From: Octopus vulgaris
Lineage: Eukaryota
Length of the DNA stretch: 64,000 nucleotides
Assembly (NCBI GenBank): GCA_951406725.2
Contig: OX597820.1
Coordinates: forward strand, 108,934,001-108,998,000
Direction: 5' to 3'
Part shown: positions 1-19,520 of the stretch, in pieces
Numbering within the stretch: position 1 is the stretch's first letter
How the letters are laid out: each line of letters opens with the position of its first letter
The notes under the pieces: model-generated
Seen by the model: the letters and a program-made list of their open reading frames with translations, nothing else
Databases searched by the model: none
What the model was told of the DNA's origin: nothing
Translations under genes and position numbers: made by a program

Positions 1-429
1 ATTATCTGAATTAGTAACATACTGATATTTAAAAATATATTTATATCTAAATTAAATATTTTATAGAATGCATGGATGGTTCTTTTTTTGTTATTGAGGC
101 TCAGTTATAATTTTGAAGGACTAAATGTTAGCATAGTTGCTTCCCTTTTGTTTATCTAAGTGCTAGTTGTTGCTTGTGATTATGTATGTGTATAAGTGTA
201 TGTATATACATATAACTATGTGTGTATGTGCGATTGATCTGTAGATGCGTGTGTGAATATTGGCGTTCCCTGACTAACCAACCGTATAATTTTCTTTTGT
301 GATTTAAATTTCAAACCAATAGCCAATCGAATTAATCTAAATTTTCTTTACCTAGTGGTCAGCATTTCTTAACTCATAGTTATTTCGATCTTGAAAGGAT
401 GGACTTGGTGCTAACTTAACTGTATCTAT

Positions 430-437
430 TTTTATTA

Positions 438-486
<49 letters not shown>

Positions 487-500
487 AGTAATTTTTATTA
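430..500. repeat. (ATT)n microsatellite at contig end
   Basis: Tandem att units directly before the N run. Confidence 0.9.
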
Positions 501-503
501 ACT

Positions 504-603
504 NNNNNNNNNNNNNNNNNNNNNNNNNNNNNNNNNNNNNNNNNNNNNNNNNNNNNNNNNNNNNNNNNNNNNNNNNNNNNNNNNNNNNNNNNNNNNNNNN
601 NNN
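504..603. other. Assembly gap (100 N placeholder)
   Basis: Exactly 100 Ns; a round number typical of a gap of unknown size. Confidence 0.98.
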
Positions 604-2540
604 ACGCATATATGAGTACAGGACACCAAAAAAACGTCGAACACATTGAGAAACGAAAACATAGACACAAACACAAGGAACTGGACATTTTTTCTAAAAC
701 AACAAAAAAATAGAGTACAGGACAAATAACACAAGGAAAAACCCTTCTTTCAGTCGCCATGGTTTCATCTACTCTACGTTTCGAAGGTGAAGGCGAGACG
801 TATTCTCGATAAGAACCTTCCTGCAAAAAGCAAATCAAATAAAATTTGAGATCTTTGCAGAGGGTTAAAAATGGTAACAAAAACAGGACAGTATGACAGT
901 ACAAAATATAAGCAGTAAAAGACAGGACAAGGAAAATAACAAGACAAGAAGGGCTGTTAACGCCGAACGACCCACAATTTAGTCATTTTATCTAAGCAAA
1001 GACGAATACAGTTGTATTCTGGAAGCTGTATGGTCAATCTGAGTATAAAAGATGAGCATTATTTGTAATTCAGTGGTACCAGTGTAAGAGTTTGCTTTCA
1101 GATATACTTAGATTGTAATTTCTGCAATGCGCTGCATAAATTGTCAAGTAAAATGGAGAGGCATATTTGACCTAACTGATTCAGTTGCAAAGTGTTGAGT
1201 AAAGTTATTTGATTGTAGACCTTTCAGTCTTTTATTATCACTGGGTCACACATAGCCCTCAGATGGTAACATTGATTTCAAGGCTTTCCCAGATGAGTGA
1301 CTGGTTATTCAAAAGACATTCTATAGATGGTAAATTTATTCTGTCCATGGTCATTTGCAAATCTCCAACTTTCATTTCTCCTTAGCCCTCACGTCACACA
1401 CTTGTTAATGTTTATTTGATTGTCACGCCCTTCCAATTGCTATAGATTCATAATGCATCTTACTGCTGTGCCTGTCACCTGGATGGTGACTACATTGGGA
1501 GTGGTAACGACTAGTGCTGTAGCTGACTGCTTATTGTGATGATTCATCTTTTTTCCTGTAGCTTTGCTCTCTTTATAAACCCCAGTGAACATATATTTCC
1601 TATTTCAAAGAAATTCGAACAATAGATATAAGACCCAAGTTAAAAAGATTCTCAACAATTCAACTTCTCTGCTTGACATTAATTGAGATCTTTTTGCAGA
1701 GGGGTAAAATGAACAAAAACAGGACAGTAATGACAGTACAAAATATAAGCAGTAAAAGACAGGACAAGGAAAATAACAAGACAAGAAGGGCTGTTAACGC
1801 CAAACGAAAAAAGTATTACGAACGCTATTTCTGTGAACGGCGAACGTAGCAAAGAAAATTGCCGTCCACACCTCAAGAAGGTCAGGCTAAAAGACAGTAG
1901 CGGAGTTCTCATCGCGGGTCAACGACGGGAGGGAGGAGGAGGAGCAAGAGAAAGGGAGAGAAGGAAAGGGGAAAATGGTTGTGAGAAAAACCATGAAGAA
2001 TGAGAGAGAGGGAGAGACAGTTAAGTAGAAGAAAAGGAAATCAAAGAATGAGGGCTGAGAAAGGGATGGGACAGAAAGGTTAAGAGTGCGCATCAAAATT
2101 AATATCCAAGATATATCTACTTAGGATATATAACATATGCATATATATATATACATATATGTACGTACCTACCTCCAGTACAATGTGTATATAGTACACG
2201 CATATATGAGTACAGAGCACCAAAATGTCGAACACAATGGAAAGCTAACATAGACACAACGTCCACTGGAACTGAGACATTTTCCTTGTCCTGTCTTTTA
2301 CTGCTCTTATATTTTGTACTGTCATTACTGTCCTGGTTTTGTTAGCATTTTTATTCTGCAAACAAGATCCTCAAATTTCAGTATTTGATTTGCTTATTTT
2401 TGCCTATGTAATTATATATGCGTGTATATATACATGTAGAGGTAGGTACAGTACATATATGTATATATATATGCATATGTTTTATCTTATTAATATATTA
2501 TATGATAAGAACAAGAACACATATCCCTTTCTATATATAT
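604..2540 (-). mobile_element. Penelope-like terminal-repeat (pLTR-type) cluster, left-arm copy
   Basis: Mirror of 30110-32077; a ~120 bp unit recurs in direct and inverted orientation; partly garbled at 2100-2540. Confidence 0.5.
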
Positions 2541-2565
2541 ATATATCATGTGTGTTTTGTGTGTG

Positions 2566-2620
<55 letters not shown>

Positions 2621-2631
2621 ATATACACATA

Positions 2632-4864
2632 TCCATTAACGCCTGTTTTCCATGCTAGCATGGGTTGGACGGTTCAACCGGGGTCTGGGAAATCCAGGAG
2701 GCTGCGCCAGGCTCCAGTCTGATCTGGCAGTGTTTCTACAGCTGGATGCCCTTCCTAACGCCAACCACTCTGTGAGTGTAGTGGGTGCTTTTTATGTGCC
2801 ACCGGCACAGGGGCCAGAGTGGGCTGGCAAACGGCCACGATCGATTGGTGCTTTTTATGTGTCACCGACACGGACGCCAGTCCAGACGGCGCTGGCATCA
2901 GCCACTGAACTACCTCCATTTGATTTATATTTTGATGTTGGTGTTTTTGACTCAATAGGTGCCAAGAACAGCGGGTCACTCTATGATCCAAGGTCTAGCA
3001 GCCATGAACTCACGTTATTTGTCAGGTCTTCGCAGTCACAGCATATCTCCAGAGGACTCGGTCTTTCGTCATTGCCTCTGTGAGACCCAACGTTCGAAGG
3101 TTATGCTTGACAACCTCATCCCATGTCTTCCTGGGTCTACCTCTACCCCAGATTCCTTCAACTGTTTGGGAGTGGCACTTCTTCACACATCTCTCCTCAT
3201 CCATCCGTAGTGCATGACCATACCAGTGCAGACGTCTCTCCTGCATGCCACATCCGATGCTTCTTATGTCCAATATTTCTCTCAGGACACTTACACTCTG
3301 TCGTGCATGCACACTGACATTACACATCCAGTGGATCATGCTAGCTTCATTTCTTTCGAGCCTACGCATGTCCTCCGCAGTCACAGCCCGTGTTTCACTG
3401 CCGTGAAGCATGGCAGTTCGCAAACATGCGTCGTACAATCTACCTTTCACTCTGAGGGAGCGACCCTTTGTTACAAGTAGGGGAAGAAGCTTTCTAAACT
3501 TTGCTCAAGCTATTCGTATTCTAGTGGTAACACTCTCTGAGCATCCACCCCCACTACTAACTTGGTCACCTAGGTAGCGGAAACTATCAGCTACTTCTAG
3601 TTTCTCCCCCACGAGTGTAATGGAATCTGTTTTCTGAGAATCAATGGTGTCTATTGCACCTGTGCATCTGCCGCACATGAAAGCTATCTTCTCAGTTAAT
3701 TTTCCTTTGATGGTGCTGCACCTCTTATGTGCCCATAGCTTACACTGGGTACATCTTATGGAGTTTCTACCTAAACATTTTCTACAGATCATTCAGTGCC
3801 ACCTACCCGAAGGAGTGTGTGATGTGTTCACCTTCCTACTTACTAGAACTTTGGTCTTTGCTACATTGACTCTAAGGCCTTTTGATTCTAAACCTAGCTT
3901 CCACACACGAAATTTCTTTTCTAGTTCTGGTAATGATTCTGCTATGAGGGCCAGGTCATCAGCATAGAGGAGCTCCCAGGGCAATCCCTCTTGAATTCCT
4001 CTGTTATTGTCTGGAGGACTATGATTAATAGAAGGGGACTGAGGGCTGGGCCTTAGTGGACGCCAACTTCTACCGGGAACTCTTCACTGTACTCATTGCC
4101 AATCCTAACCTTACTAACAGCCTCTCTGTATAGGGCCTGTACAGCGCTTATTAACCACTCATCAATCTCCAGTTTCCGCATCGCCCACCAGATAAGGGAT
4201 TGGGGGACCCTGTCAAAGGCTTTCTCCAAGTCCCCAAAAGCTAAGTATAGGGGTTTATCTTTGGTTAGGTATTTCTCCTGCAGTTGCTGAACCAGGAATA
4301 TGGCATCAGTGGTGCTTCCACCCGGTACAAAACTGAGCTGCATCTCATCTAAGCTGACTTTCTCCCTGATGAGATGGACTATGACCCTCTCTGTGACCTT
4401 CATCACCTGATCCAAAAGTTTAATACCCCTGTAGTTATTTCTATCTAGAGCATCACCTTCACTCTTGTAGCAGTTGACTATATGGTGCTGCTACGCCAGT
4501 CGTTGGGTATGACTCCATCATGAACTACCTGGTTTACAATGCGGGTGACTAGGCCATAGCCCACACCACCAGATGTTTTAAGCATCTCAGCAGTGATTCC
4601 TGATGGGCCGGGGGCTTTTCCTGGCTTCATACCCTTAATTGCTTTATCTACTAGGGAACTGTCTATTGGGATAGCTGGTCCCTCTAATGGGTCAACATTT
4701 GGCAGGCTCTCCTCCTCCCATTCCTTCTCCACATTCAGCAGTCTTTCATAATGGCTTCTCCAAGTCTCTTTCTTTTCACCAACATTAAAAGCAAGTGCCC
4801 CATCATCCATGTAGACACATTATCTCTCTGTGACATCACAATTTTCTCTCACACACTGTCTTGC
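2632..4864 (-). mobile_element. 5'-truncated RTE-clade LINE (RT remnant + 3' UTR), left-arm copy
   Basis: GKAPGPSGITAEMLK, DLEKAFDRV, PWELLYADDLALIAES, FRYLGD, RRLHWYGH, GRGRPRKTW motifs; frameshifted. Confidence 0.92.
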
Positions 4865-5180
4865 TACAGCTGGATGCCCTTCCTAACGCCAACCACTCCG
4901 TGAGTGTAGTGGGTGCTTTTTATGTGCCACCGACACAGGTGCCAGACGAGGCTGGCGAATGGCCACACTCGGATGGTGTTTTTTACGTGCCACCGGCACA
5001 GAGGCCAGGCGAGGCTGGCATGGCCACGATCGGATGGTGTTTGTTATGTGCCACCAGCACGGAGGCCAATTGATGCGGTACTGGCTACGGCCACGTTCGG
5101 ATGGTATTCTTATGTGCCACCGGCACTGGTACCACAAAACTACAAATTCCATTGATTTTGATCGATTTTGATTTGATTCT
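4865..5180 (-). mobile_element. Orphan RTE 3' UTR with ~63 bp minisatellite
   Basis: Same sequence as the tail following the RTE ORF at 53263-53836; GTGCCACCGGCAC-type units at 4924, 4987, 5048, 5114. Confidence 0.8.
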
Positions 5181-5329
5181 TTGATCTTTGGTGTATATAT
5201 ATATATATATGTGTGTGTGTATGTATATATATATATATGTGTGTGTATATAATAAGATTTTATAGTTTGCTTGAAGCATTGTATATGGAATATAATGTTG
5301 AAAGATTTAAAAGGCCAAAGAATGCAAAT

Positions 5330-6395
5330 TGATTTTAAGATGAGGTAAAAACTAAAAGTAAGTTATCTGGTAATCTTTGGTCGTATATGTATCCAATATT
5401 TCGGGACATAGAAGTCCCTTCTTCAGGGTTAAAAAGGAACTGTCCTTGGAAAGGTGTTTTTTGTTGGAGATAAAATAATTTTATGATTATATTTGAATTT
5501 TCAAGCATTTCTCTTTGTGAATGTTAGTGGTGTCATTTATTAACTTATTGCTCCACAAATCAATTTTTCATCACCTCTTTTCTAATATGTAGCAAATGTG
5601 CCTGTGTCATGTTATGTATTGCTTGCCTAGCTCCAGTCTGTTATTTATTTGTGTGTTTAATTTATAGATATTCAAAGCTTCCTTAATTTTTAAGTTGCCG
5701 AGATTTCTATCATTGGCTTCAATAGTAACTTTAATTTGTTTGTTGATATTTTTACATTTATCAATGTGTTTTCTAAATGAGGATGCGCGTGTGTTGAGAT
5801 GTTCCTTAATGCGAGTATGCAAAATTTGATTTGTGTTGCCTATATAATATGCCTTACATTTGTTGCAGTCTATTCAGTATACTACATGTGTCCACTAGCA
5901 CATACCTGTAATGCGGATTGGACAGTTAGGTTAATGAGCATTGATTGTTATCTCTAGATTGCTTTTTATTCAGGTATCCACGCAGTGAGGGGCCGGAGTG
6001 TGCTAATTGTATGTCTAGTCCTTCGTTGCGTATGGCTCTACGAAATTGCTATGGTTGTGCTTTCATTGAAATGTGGTAATTTCATAAAGCAGGTGTTAGA
6101 GAAGGTCTCATGTCTGGGGCTCTTTTGGTTTTTAATTTGGTTTATTGTCGATGTAGGGTAGCCATTGAGCCTCAGTATATCTATGAAGTGTGTGGTGTGA
6201 GTAATCTGGTCCTCAACTTTGCTACATTTATTTTTGATACGTGCTAGTTCATTTCTTATGTATCTCGTTTTAGCATCTAGGGGTAGGGCTGACCTTTAAT
6301 TCACAAACAGTTCTCTTCTGGCAACTTTCTTATAGAAGTTGGTGTATATATTACTCCCTTGTTATTTTAAGCTGGAAGTCTAGTAGAGATAATGC
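5330..6395 (-). mobile_element. Penelope-like element 3' part (RT thumb + GIY-YIG endonuclease), left-arm copy
   Basis: Mirror of 25890-26950; YIG.T...HTRIKEH...KIKEAL.I...INNRLE. Confidence 0.85.
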
Positions 6396-8389
6396 AAAAA
6401 TCCTGAATATGAGGTATTGTATATTTATCGAGTTTTTCAGATGGTAAATGTCTAGGATGCGAGAAAACGGGAGATCCATTGGTGGTTATATAATGAGTAT
6501 TTGTATGTGCTGAAGCATTGACATTAAAAGTTAAATTAGTTAATTCAGGAAAGAATTGAGGCAAGACCTGATATTTATCTGTTTGATTTGCAATAAAAAA
6601 TAGTGGGCTGACAGAAGTGGAATTGAAATGTTTTCCTAAAGTGTATAACTATGTATTGCTATCGATGTCTCTTTTTCTTTTTGACATCCACTAATAGAGA
6701 AAAAATGATAGAGAAAATCAGCTCCTAAAATGGAGTGAGGAAGGTCAGCAATGATAAAAACCCACTGGAAACTTCGTCTGAGATTCAGGTCCAGTGTGAG
6801 TGAAATCTCACTGAAAGTATTAATAGGAGAGCAGTTGACTGCTTGAAGAGATATATCAGAAGCGAAAAGTTTTTCTTCGACAAATTTAAAGGGTCATGTA
6901 TTGCAGAACACTCCGAAATCTACTAGAAATTCCTTCTTAGACTTAAAATCAAGTATGAAAAATGCGTGACTAGGAGAAAATGTGCCTGGAACTGCAGTCA
7001 CGCTTGGAGTTCAGCGTTTTAGTTTTCCCGAGTTTTGAATGTACAAGGTGAAATATATCTCTTAGCTGCAGACCAAACTTGTAATGATACCAGCAAACAG
7101 TTTTTGATCTGCTGGGAGAACAGGAACTAGAATGATGATAGCGACAAGGTGAAGAACTTCTATTGATATGCAAGAGACGAATTTCTGCGACTAGCTTAGG
7201 TATAGTACTCTGTGTAGATTCACGAAATTCTTTGAATTCAGAAGAAACTGCAGCAACTGACTAAGGAGAATTGTTCTGTTCTGGAGTAGATTTTCTATAC
7301 TCCAAAATTTTATCTGCTGATGCTGCAAGTTTGTCGACTGTGCTAACATCAGTCAAATGGGCGAGCATACCTTGAACAAACCATGGTAATCTGGAGAAAA
7401 AGAGTTGTTTAAGCAACTTACTTTCAGCAGGGTTGTCCTCTGTGAGCTGGCGCATTTTTCTGAGCATTTCCGATGGGGTTCTGTCTCCTAAATGCTCGTT
7501 GTTGAGAAGTTTTAAAAACTTCTTTTCTGAAGAGAGCAAAGTTCGTCATAAAATTTCAGTTTTGATTGATGAATATGTTGCATCTGCTGGTGGAGCTGTA
7601 ATATCTTGCAATTCTCCAGTTAATGGTGGTGGTATAGAGCTAAGTAAAATGTAGAGCTGCTGTTGGTCTGAATTGTGTTTGTTTGCTGAGAAAAATGCTT
7701 CTAACTGGGCAAACGAGATGGTATCGCCTGTAAAAATTGGTATTACTGGATAATTCATAGTAGATATCATCATATGAGTTGATGATAATTCATTTGAAGA
7801 AAATTGTGACATGGAAAGTATTTGAATATAACTAAATTATTCTCTCATTGGTTGGTTACCAATTTATGTGGTAGAATTCTCCAAGGTAGAATTCGGGATC
7901 CACATTGGTTGGTCACCAATTTATCTAGTGTAGAATATATGATCAGTATCAAGTATTGAAATGGCTGTGTGTATATTATTAGGAAGAATTCTTACAGAGA
8001 AGAAGAATAAATTTAGGAACTATATATTTATATTTACTCCATAAAAATATATTTTATTCACTGGTTGTTGATGAAATATAATTGAAATGTAGAATCTAGT
8101 TGAATGAAGTAACCTATGCAAGGAAGTTCAGAAATGTAGAAATAACACTTCAGTGGTGGTTTTCAGTCATGTGGCATAGAGAAATAGACAGACATGGCAA
8201 GGATGTGAATGGTTCAGTCTGGTTGACTAAGAAGCAAAGAGCAGGGCAAAGAAACTGTTTTTATTAATGGAACACTAGACAATCTAGAAACTTCCAAGAG
8301 AAATGCGAAGCTTCTTGAATAATTAAGAATTACTTCTCATGAAGTAGAATCTTCCGAGAAACTTATTAAAAGGATATTACTCTATAACA
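6395..8389 (-). mobile_element. Degenerate Ty3/Gypsy element (LTR-PBS-gag-protease), left-arm copy
   Basis: Mirror of 23904-25890. Confidence 0.85.
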
Positions 8390-8589
8390 CTTCTTGCAAG
8401 ATAGCTCATTCAACTATGTATGTGTATATATATATGTGTGTGTGTGTGTGTGTATATATATAAATAGTGTATATGTATATATATATATATATGTGTAAGA
8501 GGTCATTATATGTGTATATATATATATCCTCATCGTTTAACGTCCGCTTTCCATGCTAGCATGATGTATATATGTACATGTATGTATAT

Positions 8590-8920
8590 ATGGAGGCAAG
8601 AAGAATTGCTAACAATCTTAAAATTAGTGATAGGGATAGAATATCTCCTCCTCGCCATCCTTTTATTACCATAAAGCTAATTTTAATAGAAACCCTAAAT
8701 GTAGATTGATTAATCCGGTTAAAACTGAAAGAGGTATTATTAGCAAATATATTTTAGATTGTATTTTAGCTAAGATAGTGAATTAAATTTACGGATTTGG
8801 AAAACACCAAGTCAGTAATAGATTGGTTTGGGAAGGAATTAGCCATGAACATAATTGCTAATTGACGCAGTTTTATATTGTTGATTTTTACCCGTCAATA
8901 TCCAGGCCTTTGCTCCTTAA
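8590..8920 (+). mobile_element. Penelope-like RT fragment, left-arm copy
   Basis: HKANFNRNPKCRLINPVKTERGIISKYILD...VIDWF...VDFYPSIS motifs. Confidence 0.75.
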
Positions 8921-9724
8921 AAGCTGTTGGCAACATGAAACTGGTATCCAGTTTTTGTCTATAGTGAAACATAGAAAAATGGAGAAAGAATCTCAAAATT
9001 TGCAGTGCTCAGATACCTTGTAAAATACTATCAGATAGTGTAACTCATTTGCTTACCTAGTTAAACTATGTGTGTTCGTGAATGTACTAATGTGATTTGT
9101 GTGAAATTCTCATTTAAATATGAATGCGTCAATTCAGCTGGATTCAGGCAAGTTGGAATCATTCAATATTTAATTTCTCAGCTGGCTTCATGCAGGTTGG
9201 TATCAAAAGAGTTAAGGCTACTCAGATGGTAGACAACCAATTGTATCATTTCAACAAAAGTCAAATACCGCATCTCTTTTAATGATTATATCACATTCTA
9301 CCGTCTCCTTGAAATGAGTGGCCGTTTGCCTTTATATTGTGTATTTTATTTTACTGTAATGTATGTTTAAATCCAAGCTGTCTCTGATCAAGCAAAACTA
9401 CGCTCAGAGCCAGTTTGATTTTAATAGGCCCACTTTATATAATATGTCCTTTTCTTTCTAATGTTGAAAAGATATGGCTTGAGAGATATTTGACTGCTGT
9501 TTCTAACAGTAATCACATACAGGTTCGCATATTGACTTGCCTGCTTCAATATATTTGGGATGTGTTTCCTCCTATATTTGCAACATGGTTAGTAACGCTT
9601 GATTCTTGACATGCTAATGGAATTCTCTAACAAGATTGTTTCTATTTCATTTAAAATATGTTAATGCCACAGCTAATGTGTTGAACTATTACATCTAATA
9701 AGTTTTATTCATATTTCGTTTCAG

Positions 9725-9877
9725 ATATGCAATTGTGAAGAATGCAAACAAGCTGCACCACTGTCTGATGAGAATGCACAGAAAGCTAAAGTTGATGAAA
9801 GTTGTATGGAACAAAAAGTACCCAAGAAGAAAGTGAAGAAGTCAAAGCCATGTAGGAAAAATATTCTGTATTTCTGA
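9725..9877 (+). pseudogene. Inverted duplicate of the last detected exon of the RRM gene (1 nt shorter)
   Basis: Mirror of 22421-22574 with the same tttcgtttcag acceptor; gcaaac here vs gcaaaac in the right arm; no upstream exons in this arm. Confidence 0.6.
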
Positions 9878-10382
9878 TTTTGTTACAATGCTTTGTATAA
9901 AATTTAACACTGTTCATTGTCAATGACTAGGTATCTGAATGGATCTTCAATGTAGGAACTGATTGGAAATGAGTGACAGAATAAGTAGGAGTGTGAGGAG
10001 ATGAGAGATGGGGGAGATGATTGGCAGTGCAGTACAGCAGAATATTAACAGTGATAGAGTAGACAAGAGAAGGGCAAGAAAGGTAACAAAGGGGGAAGAG
10101 ACAGGCATAGTGTATGGGGGGGATGAGAGACATAATGATGCAGTAAGACACCTGGGCATTTAAGAGAAGTTATTTCCAGTGTGCTCATAGTATATACTGC
10201 TACAGTGCAATACACGCGACATGTTCTCCAATAGTCTGCCTCTCTTATTTCTCTACACCTTTTGTGTCCATAGCTTACTACTGTGTATAGGTTATACCTG
10301 TTCCTTTTTGCATGTTGAACAAGGCCATTTCCCTGAAGATACCAGGGTTTTGTCTTCTTTCATATTAACTAGCACCTTAGTC

Positions 10383-12776
10383 TTATGGTGACCATAACTG
10401 AGAGCAGTAGTCAAAGTGGCTTAGGACAAGTGTCCTCCAGAGGACCATCATGGTTTCTTGTTCTCTTGTTCTAAAGGTTCTGAGGATCCATCCGGCCAGT
10501 CGTCTACATTTCATTGCCAATTTAGCAACATGTACACGAAAGGTCGCGTCATCACTCAATGTAAATACTAGGGTCACGCACTGATTGTGCCTCTGGGATT
10601 GCTATTCCTCCGGGTCCAGTGTATTCATTGGGTATTGCATTTAGTTTTGCATGCTGATAGTATAAAGCTTGAAACTTTTCAGCATTGAACTGCATGCTAT
10701 TCTTTTCGGCCCACTTGTATATTTTGTCCAGCTCACATTGCAGGTGTTTAGTGTCCTCAGGGTTCTGTATTGCCTGTGAAACTTTTGTATCATCTGCATA
10801 ACTTGTGATTGTGGCTCTCTGCGTGGCTGAGAGCATGTCTGAGAGGGCCATTATGAACAGTAGTGGTCCCAGAACAGTGCCCTGCGGAACACCGCTCACT
10901 ATTTGCGTGTTAATGGTAGTGGCCCCATTGGCTACTACCACCTGACTTCTATCTTTCAGAAAGTCATGAAGCCATTCTCCCAGTTTTCCAACTATGTTGT
11001 GATCACGCAGTTTGTGACATATTATTCCATGATCGACTTTATCAAAGGCCTTTGTAAAGTCGAGATATATCATTTCCACATTTGAGTGGTTGAGCAGCCG
11101 TTTCAGCACCCAGTCATAGTGTTGTAGGAGCTGAGTTAAACAGCTTCTCCCTGGTCGGAAACCATGTTGGGTGTCGGGCAGCAAGTCATTCTCTTTTCAA
11201 GGAAGGTGATCAGCTTCCTTCTGACTATTCGTTCCATGACCTTGCTGATGTGTGAGGTCAGAGAGATAGGTCTATAGTTCTTGGCTTCCGCTCTGCTACC
11301 TCCTTTATGAATGGAGCATATTTTACCTTCCTTCAGTTTTCTTGGAAGTTTGCCAGCTGCAAGGAAGCTCTGAAAGAGGAACTGCAGTGGTCTTGCTAGG
11401 ACTCTCTTACATGCTTTTAGGAGGATTGCCGGGAATCCATCGGGGCCAGTAGCTGAGTCTGTTTTCATTTCATCTATAGCCTTGATTACATCGTCTTCCT
11501 TTATATCGATGTAATCTATCGTCGCCGCCTCTGATTTTATATCTGCAGTGGTAAAAAAGTCAGTTGGATTGGTGATTTGGAGATGCCCAAGGGGTGGAGT
11601 GAAAACACTCTTGAATTGCTCATTCAGTATTTCACTTACCCTCATTGGTTTTCCTGTAAGTGTGCCATCCTTTTCGAGGAGTGGCCCTATTCTACAGTGC
11701 ACCGTAGCTGTTTCTTTGGCATACCTGTAGAAAGCTCTGGGGTTAGATTTTATGTTGTCTATAGCCCAGGCTTCTTTGTCTGCTCTTTCCTTCATGGGAG
11801 AGTTGCAGACATTTTTCGATTTCCAACAGTTTTATTTTTAGGCGGGACTTTTCACTGCTTTCAATCTGTTTGTTTAGGCGATTTGAAAATTTTTGTACGC
11901 CGTCTCATTAAAATTTTCCTCTCTCTGGGGATTTTGTTCTTGTGTACAGTGGCCTTTCTCTCTGGGACACATTTGTAGCATATGGCTTGCATTACAGACA
12001 TGAATTGTTGAAGTTTCACGTCGATGTCTGGCGAGGAGAGACATTCAGGCCAGTTTTGTTTGAGGATCTCTTTCTCAATTTGTTTCCAGTTTGCCTTATG
12101 GTAGTTCAAGCTGGAAAGATTCTGAGGGTTTCTTGTAGGCTGCATGTCCGTGCTCTCTTTTGGCCCGTACATGGTCAGCTCTACCATGTTGTGATCCGAG
12201 AGTAGTGTCGGTGTCACTTTCACATTATGGATGAGATCCATGTCATTTGTGAAGCAGAGATCCAGTGTGTTACCTGCCCTGGTTGGTTGGAGTATTACCT
12301 GCTCCATGTACAGGGTGTTGATGAGGTTCAGGAGGGACCTCGCCTGTCCTCGTTCACATCTTGTCATTCCTGGGAGAGAAAGGCCCTCGGGCCATCTGAC
12401 ATTGGGCAGATTGAAGTCTCCCATAAGAAGTACACTTATGTGTTGTTCTAATGTGGTTAGAACTTCTTCTATTTTTATAAGGCAGTCTTCAAACTTGCCC
12501 ACATGGCTTGGGGCATCTGGAGGGCGATATGTAGCACACACAACTACATCAAGTTGCCTAATATGTACAATTAGTGTGTCACACACCGAGTTTGAGTATG
12601 ACAAGAGGACCTGGGGTGAGGTCCTCACGGATGTACATAGCAACACCTCCATGACTCCTTTCTTTTCTATCGGTCCGTAGTACAGCATACTGTGGTATGT
12701 GTAACTCCGCATCTGCTATGTCCGGTTTCAGGTGCGTTTCAGTGCTATGCATAAGGCTTGATTGCATGCAACAAAG
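10383..12776 (-). mobile_element. CR1/Jockey-group LINE ORF2 (APE endonuclease + RT), left-arm copy with several frameshifts
   Basis: [64 protein letters not shown]. Confidence 0.93.
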
Positions 12777-13029
12777 TATATATGTATTCTTACATTTTTA
12801 TTTACAACATTTTATTATATTTCTTTGTCTTTTCAATTTTGAATTGCAGATTTATATGTAATTACAACAGTTTAACAAGTTTTTTTATGTTTCAATATTG
12901 TTCATTTTTTATGACAAGACATTTGTATATATGTATATACATTACAGACATGAATTGTTGAAGTTTCACGTCGATGTTCATAAGATACATTATTTTTTGT
13001 TTATTTTCTATATTTATAGTTTTATTACA

Positions 13030-19520
<6,491 letters not shown>

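Larger units (their letters stand above)
604..12776 (-). repeat. Left arm of ~12 kb inverted repeat (reverse complement of 19521-32077)
   Basis: 604 acgcatatatgagtacaggacacc pairs with sequence ending at 32077; gcatgcaacaaag ending at 12776 pairs with 19521 ctttgttgcatgc. Mirror-image ORFs give identical peptides (5607..5822 vs 26460..26675; 7261..7539 vs 24747..25025; 9927..10151 vs 22148..22372). Confidence 0.97.

Noticed and set aside
352-904. ORFs spanning the N run
   Set aside because: They read through a gap that joins two contigs.
4924-5126. CRISPR-like spaced palindromic repeats
   Set aside because: The 'spacers' are homologous to each other, there are no cas genes, the context is eukaryotic, and the array is part of the RTE 3' UTR.
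11548-12680. Plus-strand ORFs over the LINE (and equivalents over RTE copies)
   Set aside because: Antisense shadows of retroelement coding sequence.
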